IMG/VR virus record: IMGVR_UViG_3300045988_152944
Length of the DNA stretch: 64,000 nt
Direction: 5' to 3' (one strand)
Origin: a virus
The notes below the pieces were generated by a model, which made no database searches, was not told the origin of the DNA, and worked only from the letters and a program-made list of their open reading frames with translations. Of the stretch, positions 1-9,162 are shown in pieces. Position 1 is the stretch's first letter. Every line of letters starts with the position of its first letter. The translations under genes were made by a program, and so were the position numbers.

Positions 1-59
1 CCTATATTTCTTCTCAATTCATCGAAGACTTCTTGTTTTGTCGGGTTTACAACCTGCAT
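1..59 (-). CDS. 5' end of an unidentified gene running off the left edge (MQVVNPTKQEVFDELRRNI...)
   Basis: ATG at 59-57, GGAGGT at 69-64, open frame to position 1, consensus promoter just upstream (100-128). Confidence 0.35.
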   Translation of the reverse strand, partial: MQVVNPTKQEVFDELRRNI

Positions 60-99
60 ACGTACCTCCATCGATGAAATAGTCTTCATCTATGGTTTG

Positions 100-128
100 A
101 TTATAGTAAAAAAAAAGAAACTTGTCAA
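100..128 (-). promoter_or_regulatory. sigma70/sigmaA-type promoter, perfect consensus TTGACA-17 nt-TATAAT
   Basis: Minus strand reads TTGACA (128-123), 17-nt spacer, TATAAT (105-100); lies in the ORF-free gap upstream of the gene starting at 59. Confidence 0.5.
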
Positions 129-188
129 CTTGTAATGACAAATTTCTTTTAATTTTTTAAAATAAAATTATTCTTTTATTCAACAGTT

Positions 189-1088
189 CTAAAACACTTT
201 ACGAAATTTATATTTGTTAATATCGTATAAGCTATAGTGCCATTTTGCTGTTGAGGTGTTATCCCTTTGTAAAACACCTCCTTTCACCGCTAAAGTTCCG
301 TCTATTCGAATAACCACGTGGGTGGTATATAAAGCGACGGTGTTGTTTGAACTATCAAGGTTTGTGTTGGTGTAAACACTTTGAGCAATTTGGCCTGAGC
401 CATCCCAATGTACCAACGTTGTGCCATAAAACGCCAAAAGTTCATAAGTGTCCAAAACCGTAACTTCATAGGTCCCGGCTTCTGTCACCTTTGAATCGGC
501 ACCATTTGTGCCAGTAGTGATAGTCACCCACTCTCCCACCTGCGGTATATCTTCCTCTAGCGCAATTTCTTTTGTTACCGTTGTTTCCCCACTCTTCACC
601 TCCGCCTTGGGTCTGGGGTCTGAAGTTTTTATAATAGTGGGAGAGTTTGCAGAACCAAAATACTCATTTCTACCGTTAAATTCATACCAGTTTGTACCAT
701 TGGCGGACTGTGCCGTATCGCTCTGAAGCCCCTTGGCCATTGTGGCAGTTTTAGCCGTTGGTTCACCACTCTCAAATATGTCTGTAATTTTGTACTCACC
801 GATGTTGGTCGACACTGTTGTCGCTGTTGTCGCTTCTGTGGCCATAGGACATTCCTTAATTGTCCAGCCAACCGTTGACCCCGAGTCGGCAACCAACACT
901 TTGTTATCGTCATCCGCACCGCTTGGGGCAATTGATTTAGTGACAGTAAACAAATCTTTATCAGGTATGCCCGTTCCGACATATAAAGCCCCTTTTGTTG
1001 CCAAAGTGTCTTTGCTCTCCATTTTGCGTCTCATTTTACTGGCTTCTAAACCACTGTCAATAGTTACGCCATCGTTAATTGTCGCCAT
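189..1088 (-). CDS. hypothetical virion/tail-module protein (299 aa)
   Basis: Long ORF tightly packed with minus-strand neighbours; no recognisable motif. Confidence 0.6.
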   Translation of the reverse strand: MATINDGVTIDSGLEASKMRRKMESKDTLATKGALYVGTGIPDKDLFTVTKSIAPSGADDDNKVLVADSGSTVGWTIKECPMATEATTATTVSTNIGEYKITDIFESGEPTAKTATMAKGLQSDTAQSANGTNWYEFNGRNEYFGSANSPTIIKTSDPRPKAEVKSGETTVTKEIALEEDIPQVGEWVTITTGTNGADSKVTEAGTYEVTVLDTYELLAFYGTTLVHWDGSGQIAQSVYTNTNLDSSNNTVALYTTHVVIRIDGTLAVKGGVLQRDNTSTAKWHYSLYDINKYKFRKVF

Positions 1089-1091
1089 CTC

Positions 1092-1379
1092 TTATACCTC
1101 CGATAAATTATCGCTTTTATCTCCGACAGGTTTAGTCGAAGAGTTCTTTTTACGTTTGTCGATTGCCGCACTCGCGAGCAGCTCGTCGATAACCGCCAGT
1201 TCCTGCGCAATTTCGGTTTCGTTAATTTCCGAATACAAAACGCTAAGTTTGATGCAGGTTTCTTGTAGTTGTTTTATCTGTAGTTGCGCTTGGTCAAACC
1301 GCTCTTGTAAAACATCTTTTTGAGCCAACTGTTGTTGTAAGGTTTCTTTACGCTTATTTAAATATAAAGTACAGTCCAT
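1092..1379 (-). CDS. small coiled-coil protein (95 aa)
   Basis: ORF 3 nt from the next gene; heptad-like Q/L/E-rich sequence. Confidence 0.5.
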   Translation of the reverse strand: MDCTLYLNKRKETLQQQLAQKDVLQERFDQAQLQIKQLQETCIKLSVLYSEINETEIAQELAVIDELLASAAIDKRKKNSSTKPVGDKSDNLSEV

Positions 1380-1390
1380 AGATTCTCCTT

Positions 1391-1894
1391 TTATACATTA
1401 GTAAATTCTGCCAATTGTGGCTTAAGTTTGTTATATAAATACTCAAGAGTGAGTGGTTTACCGTCATATCTACCACAGTTGACAGTGATTCGGTCGAGAA
1501 TAACTATTGGATCAGAAAGAAACTCGTCTTTGTATCCAAGTTCTATCAACTCTTGTTTCACACTGTCGGAAATAGAAATTACCGCCGGTTGCTGAGCAGC
1601 AACAATAACCGCAAAGTTTTCTACTGTATAGAGGACGCGCTCAATTTCTGCAGTATATTCGGCCTCTTCCTCGGTAAGGGATTCGTTTTCCTCGTTCTCT
1701 GCGACCAGTGTTAAATATCGATTATTGACATTCGACATGAATATCGATAATTCCTCTTCTCTTGCTTTTTCGCGTTCACGTTCTTCTTGGCTAGGGTATC
1801 GAGCCACGGCGACAAAAACGAAGCCGTTATAGACATAACAATCATCTTCTAATACCTTATAATATTGACTTGTAATATTTTCGCTGACTGCCAT
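1391..1894 (-). CDS. hypothetical acidic protein (167 aa)
   Basis: ORF in the operon-like array; E-rich central segment. Confidence 0.55.
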   Translation of the reverse strand: MAVSENITSQYYKVLEDDCYVYNGFVFVAVARYPSQEEREREKAREEELSIFMSNVNNRYLTLVAENEENESLTEEEAEYTAEIERVLYTVENFAVIVAAQQPAVISISDSVKQELIELGYKDEFLSDPIVILDRITVNCGRYDGKPLTLEYLYNKLKPQLAEFTNV

Positions 1895-1905
1895 AGATTC
1901 ACCTC

Positions 1906-2913
1906 TTAATAATAGATATTCGCCAACCCTTCGCCACCGTGACTTCCTGGGTTAGCTTGACCAGCAGTAAACCCTGCGCCAGCACCGCCACTACCTTGAC
2001 TACCAGGAGAAGAAGGTTTCTTTCGACTATCCCCATTTGCACCATTAGCAAATGCAGATGCTCCCCCGCCTCCGCCATAGTTATTACCACCAGATGTGCC
2101 ACCCGATTTACCACCACGCACAAAGGTAGTACTTTCAGGTTTGTCATAAGTTAATGTCGTAGAAGTTGTTCCTCCACCCTCGCGTTCTTTTTCAGCCCCA
2201 TAGCCTCCATTGAGCCCAGTACCGCCGCTGTAAACGCCAGGAGTTCCTTGACCATCGTCAGTCTTTCTTCCCTTGCCACCGCCATTAGCCTGTAAAATAA
2301 TGCTATCATTAGCATCATATAAGTAAGAAGTTCCACCATTGCCACCGTCTTCTCTGTTTTCTCCACGAGGACCAGCGTCTCCGACCACTATTCTTATATA
2401 TGAATTTTCAGGGAGTGCTATACCCGTGAAAGTATAACCACCGCCCCCGCCACCGCCGGAACACCAGACGGCAGAACTACCTGCTCCACCGCCGCCGCCG
2501 CCTTGAATTTCCACAAAAATATATTTTGGGTTGTAATTCAGGCGTGTTCCTGTCGCGGAATTAGCACTTGTTGAAAGCCAGGTCTCCCCGTTTACACGGT
2601 TTACATAGTGAGTTCCTGGCGATAACGTTGCTAATGGTATTCCTATTGGTCTACAACCTTTAAGGGCAACGTCGATAGGTTGTTCGTTTATTTTATATTG
2701 AGCGCAAGTGTTCGAACCTCCAAGGTGTGTCCCTGCGCTTGTGGGAAAGGTTTTTCCGATGGCGGTTTTCAACGGTTGTCCGTTTTTCTTAAATTTGGCA
2801 GTAGAATCGGTAAATTTACTATCTGTCACGCCGTATTGTTCAGCAACCGAAGTCTCGAACGTTTCATACATTTCGTCGATGTCGATGTTGTTTATCTTGT
2901 AGTTAGTTGCCAT
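1906..2913 (-). CDS. glycine-rich-domain tail fibre/tip protein (335 aa)
   Basis: GGAGGT RBS upstream. Runs such as IQGGGGGGAGSSAVWCSGGGGGGGYTF, then repeated GG/NGG blocks to the C-terminus, as in phage glycine-rich fibre domains. Confidence 0.7.
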   Translation of the reverse strand: MATNYKINNIDIDEMYETFETSVAEQYGVTDSKFTDSTAKFKKNGQPLKTAIGKTFPTSAGTHLGGSNTCAQYKINEQPIDVALKGCRPIGIPLATLSPGTHYVNRVNGETWLSTSANSATGTRLNYNPKYIFVEIQGGGGGGAGSSAVWCSGGGGGGGYTFTGIALPENSYIRIVVGDAGPRGENREDGGNGGTSYLYDANDSIILQANGGGKGRKTDDGQGTPGVYSGGTGLNGGYGAEKEREGGGTTSTTLTYDKPESTTFVRGGKSGGTSGGNNYGGGGGASAFANGANGDSRKKPSSPGSQGSGGAGAGFTAGQANPGSHGGEGLANIYY

Positions 2914-2934
2914 TACAGTGTACCTCCAGTTGGG

Positions 2935-4062
2935 TTATTTCCCCAATTTTGCTTTATATATTTTTGACATTTCAGCTTCGAGCTTGGTGAGAGCACACCT
3001 TTGAAATGGCTTATTGATATCGCCGTACATATAATAACTATCCGCCGGACAAACACTGCAAACGCTCGAACATTCACAATCAAAACACTCTTTTTTGTAA
3101 TTACTAAAATTGCGACACTGCATTTGTTCTAAAAACGCAGTATTGGATATGCCCGTGTTGATATTACCAATAGGCACCTTCTTCGCCCCTTGGCTATCCT
3201 CACAGAATCTAAAGCAAATATAAATATCACCATTCCAATCAATTGCGAAGCCTGCTTTTGTCGCCAATCCACAAGTGCATATTTGCAAGTCTTTGGTATG
3301 TTCAACTTCTAATGCCGAAAGCGCCAATGGAGTGTTGGTAACTTTAATCCACTCAATTGTTTTTAACAGTTGCTGTCTATACTCTTTTAAGAACTTTTCA
3401 TCTGGGATGTAGTTGACATCAATACTGTGTTTAAGACGTGTGAAGCCTAGTGAAGCCAGATACTTACAACTCTCAAAAAAGTATTGAATGTTGTCAGGCG
3501 CGAATGTCAACTTTGTGGTTGTTTCGTAGCCAAAATCAACAAAATGTTGTTTAACGGCTTTTTCGACTTTGTCAAACACCGAATTGCCGTTTTTATCTCG
3601 TCGGCACTTGTCAAAACACTCGCGAGGTCCATCGATAGTTATCGCAAAGAGTAATTTATCTTTATATTTCTGAATGAAATCTTGGACATCTTTGTTGAAA
3701 TAAGTCGTGCCGTTAGTGTCAATAGCAATACAGCTACGAGACACAAGATCATAAAATTTGTGCTCGAGGCACTGGCGGAAAAAGTAATCACATATGTCAT
3801 TTACTATTGGCATATATAGAGTTACTTCTCCGCCCAGAAAAGTTAGCATCACGTTGTCAAAATCATCGCGCACCAACGCGTCGAAAGGTGTCGACTTGCC
3901 GAGTTTTCGGTCGATTAAACAGTCGATCACCTTTTTCGCGTCTTCGAGTTTAATGATTTGCTTTGCGTCACAATGTTGTTGGTAACAATAAGTACACCGC
4001 AAATTACAATTTGAAGTAATGTGAAATGTAATTGTTACCTGTTTATCTAATCGTTCGTCCAT
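2935..4062 (-). CDS. radical SAM enzyme with C-terminal SPASM/twitch-type Cys cluster (anSME/peptide-maturase-like)
   Basis: CNLRCTYCYQ (CxxxCxxC), FLGGEVTL (GGE motif), IDTNGT. C-terminal CTCG...GDIYIC, CFDCECSSVCSVC and a later QRC match the SPASM Cys pattern. Confidence 0.85.
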   Translation of the reverse strand: MDERLDKQVTITFHITSNCNLRCTYCYQQHCDAKQIIKLEDAKKVIDCLIDRKLGKSTPFDALVRDDFDNVMLTFLGGEVTLYMPIVNDICDYFFRQCLEHKFYDLVSRSCIAIDTNGTTYFNKDVQDFIQKYKDKLLFAITIDGPRECFDKCRRDKNGNSVFDKVEKAVKQHFVDFGYETTTKLTFAPDNIQYFFESCKYLASLGFTRLKHSIDVNYIPDEKFLKEYRQQLLKTIEWIKVTNTPLALSALEVEHTKDLQICTCGLATKAGFAIDWNGDIYICFRFCEDSQGAKKVPIGNINTGISNTAFLEQMQCRNFSNYKKECFDCECSSVCSVCPADSYYMYGDINKPFQRCALTKLEAEMSKIYKAKLGK

Positions 4063-4364
4063 ACCAACACTTCTCTTTTTATAATTAAGCCATCGTATTG
4101 TGGTTCGATGCGCACCATGTTGGGATAATAAAATTGCAATAAATAAAACAACTCTTCTGTTTTTTTACGATATGCCTCTAACGTATTTGTGTAAAATTTA
4201 AAAGCATCGTCGAGCGTTTGTTGAGTCACACCCAGTTGTTGTTTGGTTGCGTCTGTTAGTTTAAACAACCAATTGTAGTTATTGACACTATCGCTTAATT
4301 GTGTTGTTAGACGCAATAACTCATTATAGATATTATCTGTTAATACATAAGTAATCGACTGCAT
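4047..4364 (-). CDS. hypothetical helical protein (105 aa), possibly a fibre chaperone
   Basis: ORF between the 678-aa repeat protein and the rSAM gene, overlapping the rSAM start by 16 nt (translational coupling). Confidence 0.5.
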   Translation of the reverse strand: MQSITYVLTDNIYNELLRLTTQLSDSVNNYNWLFKLTDATKQQLGVTQQTLDDAFKFYTNTLEAYRKKTEELFYLLQFYYPNMVRIEPQYDGLIIKREVLVWTND

Positions 4365-4378
4365 AATGTTCTCCCAAA

Positions 4379-6415
4379 TTAAGACTCACACAGACCAGAA
4401 AACGTTGATGTCCCACCACATACAGCAATTTGCTTCAAATTTGTGCTACACCGAATATTACAAATGTTGTGACGTGCTGAGGTGTTACACGACGAACAAG
4501 ATACAGAGTGGCTCACATCAATGGTGAGTTGTCCATCCTCGGTCACCGTGTAGGATTGTCCAAAAATTCTATAACTGTCGAATCCGCTCGAATAACTTTG
4601 TGCCTTAACATACAATGTGTCACCATAATACCCAACTATTTGCTGGCCATCAGCGGACGTCGACGCTACATTTATCACATACGAGCTTTCACCACCGGAA
4701 GAATCGTAAACCGCACTCGGTTCTTGCCCTTTTGCATTACTCGAACGATAAATGATGACATTAATATTAGAATTGGGAGTCCCAGTTACTTTGATGGTAA
4801 TAGTATATGGTTTAACCCATTGACAAGTATCACCTTTGTAGAAATAATGGATGGGGATTGGGGGTTCGAGCTGATATTGAGCGTCATTGTAGGAATAGTA
4901 CATATTAGTGCCATCGGTCCAAACGTATGCACCCACAAACTCTGTGGCACCCTCCCATGTCTGCGCATTCCAGGCGGATGTGGCTTTGTGCAGTTGATAT
5001 ATACCAGAATAATATATACTAACCCCATCGGTCCACACATTAGAACCATAAAAATTAGTCAACCCACTCCACGTTTTCTGATTCCAAGTCGAAGTGGATT
5101 GATCCAACTGGTACTGATCCGTACCCAAGGAGTAATATATATTCTCACCATCGTTCCAAATGTGTCTTCCATACATCCCTGTAAAATTAAACCACGTTTT
5201 TTGAGTCCACGTAGACGTGCTGGTATTAAGCTGATACTGGTCTGTACCGCCCGAATAGTAAGTTATAGCCCCATTGGACCAGATGTGATCACCCGTAATT
5301 GATGTGAGCTCTCCGTTCCAGGTTTTAGGACTCCAAGTCGATGTTGCTTTGTCTAATTGATATTGGTGTTGATAAAACGAATAATAAATATCATCTCCCA
5401 CAGCCCAAATATACATCCCGGTAAATTCTGTTAATCCTGTCCAACTCTTTTTGTTCCAAATTAACGAGGTTTTGTCCAGTTGATATTGAGTCGTGTTATA
5501 TGAGTAATAAGTGTTATTTCCATCTGTCCAAATATGTTGTCCCACGTTAATTTTGAACTCTTCGTACCAAGTTGTTTCGTTCCAAGTAGAGGTGGTTTTG
5601 TCAAGTTGATATTGTTTGGTTACATACGAATAATAAAAATTGCCACCGCTCGTCCAGATAGTGGCGCCGGAAACTTTGGTGAACCCATTCCACGTTTTGG
5701 GATTCCAAGTCGAAGTAGATTTATCTAACTGGTACTGGTCGTTAGACGAAGAGTAATATATATTTTCTCCGTCGGTCCATACCCCGCTTCCGGAAACTTT
5801 GGTGAACCCATTCCATGTTTTGGTGCTCCAAGTAAACGTGGATTTATCCAATTGATAGTGAGTGGGAGCGTTGAGGCCATCATAAAAAGAATAATAAATA
5901 TTAGTGCCGTCGGTCCAAACATAAGCGCCATTAAAATTTGTTAGCCCATTCCAAGTTTTTGAAGTCCACGTTGAAGTGGCTTTATCCAATTGATATTGGG
6001 CTGTGCCTAATGAGTAATATATATTTCCACCATCGGTCCAAGGCCCATAGGCTCCATCCAAATTGGTAAATCCACTCCAGTTTTTTTTATTCCAAGTCGA
6101 TGTGGTTTTATCTAATTGATATTGTTCGGCGTCACTGGAATAATATATGTTTTCTCCATCGGTCCAAATCTTTGCGCCATAAAACTTTGTCAATCCTCCC
6201 CAAGTCTTTTTAACCCAAACAAACGTTGTTTGATCTAATTGATAATGTATTGTGTCCCAGGAATAGTAAACATTATTGCCGTCGGTCCATATATTTTCCC
6301 CGCTTATTCCTTCTCTATCCCATGGCGTTTTCCACATAATTGGTGTCACTGTACCAACCATATTATTATTCGCCTCAATGCTTTTTATTAAAACGTTATT
6401 TGCTTCTAATGCCAT
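4379..6415 (-). CDS. repeat-rich tail fibre/receptor-binding protein with 12 Trp-rich propeller-like repeats (678 aa)
   Basis: 12 copies of a ~41-46 aa unit (I/V)WTDGxNIYYS...QYQLDKxTSTWxxKTWxGLTxFxG, followed by a Cys-rich C-terminal domain. Confidence 0.8.
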   Translation of the reverse strand: MALEANNVLIKSIEANNNMVGTVTPIMWKTPWDREGISGENIWTDGNNVYYSWDTIHYQLDQTTFVWVKKTWGGLTKFYGAKIWTDGENIYYSSDAEQYQLDKTTSTWNKKNWSGFTNLDGAYGPWTDGGNIYYSLGTAQYQLDKATSTWTSKTWNGLTNFNGAYVWTDGTNIYYSFYDGLNAPTHYQLDKSTFTWSTKTWNGFTKVSGSGVWTDGENIYYSSSNDQYQLDKSTSTWNPKTWNGFTKVSGATIWTSGGNFYYSYVTKQYQLDKTTSTWNETTWYEEFKINVGQHIWTDGNNTYYSYNTTQYQLDKTSLIWNKKSWTGLTEFTGMYIWAVGDDIYYSFYQHQYQLDKATSTWSPKTWNGELTSITGDHIWSNGAITYYSGGTDQYQLNTSTSTWTQKTWFNFTGMYGRHIWNDGENIYYSLGTDQYQLDQSTSTWNQKTWSGLTNFYGSNVWTDGVSIYYSGIYQLHKATSAWNAQTWEGATEFVGAYVWTDGTNMYYSYNDAQYQLEPPIPIHYFYKGDTCQWVKPYTITIKVTGTPNSNINVIIYRSSNAKGQEPSAVYDSSGGESSYVINVASTSADGQQIVGYYGDTLYVKAQSYSSGFDSYRIFGQSYTVTEDGQLTIDVSHSVSCSSCNTSARHNICNIRCSTNLKQIAVCGGTSTFSGLCES
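4780..6300 (-). repeat. 12 tandem, diverged coding repeats (~125-140 bp) encoding propeller-blade-like units
   Basis: Periodic WTDG..YYS..YQLD..STW..KTW motif in the translation; DNA copies are diverged. Boundaries approximate. Confidence 0.75.
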
Positions 6416-6422
6416 AACTCAC

Positions 6423-6974
6423 CTATGTGTTTAAATATAATGTGTCGCCCTCAACGTACATCTTAATATGTCCCAACGTCGTTTGAGTGGCGACGGTGTT
6501 GATGTGGGCTGTTAGTTCCGATTTCAACGCGAAACTGCTTATATCGGGAATGTCGGGTTTGTTTAGTAAATCGTTGTAATCACCGGTCGTTGCAACTTGT
6601 GCCAAAGTAGGAATATCACTCTTAAATGCGAGTTCCTTAAAATTTACATTATCACTACTATATACAGGATTAGTCGCACTTCCTCTTAACCTTAATGGTA
6701 TGCTTTGGTGTCCTACGATCAAAACTCCACCACTGCGCCCAAACAGCGTTGAATTGCTTTCGTTCGTAATTTGACCATTCGACGTCAATATCATTTTAGA
6801 TGCTGCCGCTCCATCACCGCCTGTAAGCGTCAGTGGGCTTGTCAGCGTTCCGCCACTTAACCCATCTATTGAAGTGGGGATGTCGTTAACATCTGCCTTG
6901 GAGGTTAACCCCTGATCAACATATTGCTTAGTAGTAATGTCTAAACTCTCTGTGATCTCACTATAGTTTTTCAC
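6423..6974 (-). CDS. tail fibre-like protein (183 aa), GTG start
   Basis: AAGGAGGTGA RBS then GTG. Motifs TKQYVDQGL and LSGGTLTSPLTLTG are typical of phage fibre collar segments. Confidence 0.65.
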   Translation of the reverse strand: MKNYSEITESLDITTKQYVDQGLTSKADVNDIPTSIDGLSGGTLTSPLTLTGGDGAAASKMILTSNGQITNESNSTLFGRSGGVLIVGHQSIPLRLRGSATNPVYSSDNVNFKELAFKSDIPTLAQVATTGDYNDLLNKPDIPDISSFALKSELTAHINTVATQTTLGHIKMYVEGDTLYLNT

Positions 6975-7026
6975 GTGGTGTCACCTCCTTGGGCAATAAA
7001 TGTGTAATTTTATTTAATATATATTT

Positions 7027-7055
7027 ATTATACATAGTGTTAATTGATTTGTCAA
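7027..7055 (-). promoter_or_regulatory. sigma70/sigmaA-type promoter, perfect consensus TTGACA-17 nt-TATAAT
   Basis: Minus strand reads TTGACA (7055-7050), 17-nt spacer, TATAAT (7032-7027), in the 97-nt AT-rich gap upstream of the gene at 6974. Confidence 0.5.
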
Positions 7056-7071
7056 CTTAATGTGACAGAAA

Positions 7072-8565
7072 TTATCCAATGATTACCACTTTAAATGTTT
7101 GTGCGGTAGTGGGGGCGGTCGCAAACAACAATTTCACTTTGTTATTCATGGTGTAGGTGTCTACCATAACCAGCTCGTCGACCGTATCTGCTCCAACCGT
7201 TTGATTCTTGAGATAAACCTGAACGCTAACATCGGCACCCAGTGTATGAGCAACATCAAATGAAGTTTTGCTACCATCCCCCGTGATAGTTTGCACGACT
7301 TTTGTGGAATAATTTTCACTCGATGCAGCGGTTACTCGACCTTTTTCATTAACCGTCACAGTGTTATATGTGCCCGCCGTTACGCCAGTATTCGACAGTG
7401 TGACATTAATATCTTTGTTTGCACTTCCGTCGAAAGTAGTCGAACCAGTTGCATCTCCTGTGAGTGCAATTGTTCGCGCTGTCTTAAGTTTATCGGCCGT
7501 TCCCGCTTCGTTGACTCTGGTAATACTCACATCACCTATTTGACCATTGACACTCGTGACAGCATCGGTGTTATCAATTTTTTCCCACCTAGTTCCTGTC
7601 GAAATAATCCAGTCACCCGTCTCAAAACCAATCCCCGCAAACGTCCCGCTTGCTTGACAAATGAAATAAACACCTTCCATGTCTTGCCAACCATATGTGT
7701 TGGCTGCTGTGCTTGTTACAGAGTTTACAATCGCAATCGAAGTTGCTGTTATGTTCTTTTTTGTTTTTAAGCTATCGGAGGGTGAAATAGTGGTTGTAGT
7801 TGCAACCGTGGAAGCATTACCACCATACATTACTTGCCCAAGCAAATAATCAGGCAATTGGCTTGTAATAATCTTACTGTTGGCATCCAGTGACGCAACA
7901 CCACTCGCTTTACCTTTCCCCAAAGTTGCGGGAGTGATAACTTTTGTAGTGTCAGTACCATTGTTTACTTCGTCTTGAGTAGCCAACTGAACAACGCCTT
8001 TCACTGTTGTAGAAGCATTAACACCACTCAAAGTAAAAGAATTGCCTGGTGTCGTACTACCGCCTGTGATACCATTAGAGGTCTGAATTGTGACTTTTGC
8101 AGAATCTATCGCACTTTGTTTGGCCGCCGCAAGTTGTTTTGCATTGATAGCACGAGTAGTATCGGTACCCGCTGTGGCTTCAGCATCAGTAGCTAATTCA
8201 ATAACACCCTTGGCTGAATCTGTTGCATCAGGCAGAGAGATTTGATGGGTGTGACTATTTGCTGTAACGCCATTAGAACCGTAAGTGTTAGAGCCAGAGC
8301 CCGAAGCTGAAGGAGTACCCAAGCTAATAGTAACCGTGTCTGTTCCTGAACTGGTCAAACCATTGCCCGCTACAATGGATTTCACCGCTTCCGCTGTGAT
8401 ACTTACCCACGCGGTTCCATTGTGGTATCTATACCCATTATCTGTGGTGTTGTAATAAATTTGACCAGCTTTTCCCGACGAGGGATCGCTAGCCAAGTTT
8501 TGAATTACAGCATTTTCCAGTTGGTTTTGTTGTAAATTTAATCCGTTAAACCATTTTTGACTCAT
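7072..8565 (-). CDS. tail fibre protein (497 aa)
   Basis: N-terminus resembles the shared fibre N-domain (GQIYYNTTDNGYRYHNGTAWVSI). Repeated AxDAEATAGTDTT / ATQDEVNNGTDTTKVITP fibre motifs. Confidence 0.7.
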   Translation of the reverse strand: MSQKWFNGLNLQQNQLENAVIQNLASDPSSGKAGQIYYNTTDNGYRYHNGTAWVSITAEAVKSIVAGNGLTSSGTDTVTISLGTPSASGSGSNTYGSNGVTANSHTHQISLPDATDSAKGVIELATDAEATAGTDTTRAINAKQLAAAKQSAIDSAKVTIQTSNGITGGSTTPGNSFTLSGVNASTTVKGVVQLATQDEVNNGTDTTKVITPATLGKGKASGVASLDANSKIITSQLPDYLLGQVMYGGNASTVATTTTISPSDSLKTKKNITATSIAIVNSVTSTAANTYGWQDMEGVYFICQASGTFAGIGFETGDWIISTGTRWEKIDNTDAVTSVNGQIGDVSITRVNEAGTADKLKTARTIALTGDATGSTTFDGSANKDINVTLSNTGVTAGTYNTVTVNEKGRVTAASSENYSTKVVQTITGDGSKTSFDVAHTLGADVSVQVYLKNQTVGADTVDELVMVDTYTMNNKVKLLFATAPTTAQTFKVVIIG

Positions 8566-8579
8566 AATACTCTCCTTTT

Positions 8580-9152
8580 TTAGTTCAGATATGCTTTACC
8601 GCTGAAAGCTGCCGAAAAACTGATTGTTAATTTGTTTTTATCAATATAGTTGACTTCTGCTCCACCAACGATGTCCCCCGCGCTAGTAACCACGCTCACA
8701 CTAGGATATTTGTCCATATTGTGATTGATAGTCCAAGTTGCGGCTGGAGTGCTTTGCAAATGTGTGTATGTGGGGGCGGTTTGGGTGATTTGATAATAAT
8801 TGTTGACCACAGTCCCCTCAGAATTATTGTTGCCAACATTCTCATCGGCCACTTGTTTACTCAAGGGCTGATTATCGGCATACGACGGTCCTAATTTAGC
8901 AATAATGAACGCATTAGCTAAATTATTACCAATCTTATATAAAATGCCGTAATCACCCATCTGAAATTCATATTTTGAAGCGTTCACGACGTTTCTGACA
9001 CGAGTGTGCTCATCGGGTACGATTGTGACATCTAACGTGTAGTCCTCATTAACACCAACCACCTTACAATAGATAGTTTGATCAAGTGTGGACACTTTGT
9101 CGTCAATCGTCCCCTTTAGCACATCTAGAAAGTCATAACTTGTTCTGTCCAT
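8580..9152 (-). CDS. hypothetical tail/baseplate protein (190 aa)
   Basis: ORF in the tail module; no diagnostic motif. Confidence 0.55.
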   Translation of the reverse strand: MDRTSYDFLDVLKGTIDDKVSTLDQTIYCKVVGVNEDYTLDVTIVPDEHTRVRNVVNASKYEFQMGDYGILYKIGNNLANAFIIAKLGPSYADNQPLSKQVADENVGNNNSEGTVVNNYYQITQTAPTYTHLQSTPAATWTINHNMDKYPSVSVVTSAGDIVGGAEVNYIDKNKLTISFSAAFSGKAYLN

Positions 9153-9162
9153 AAATTACCCC

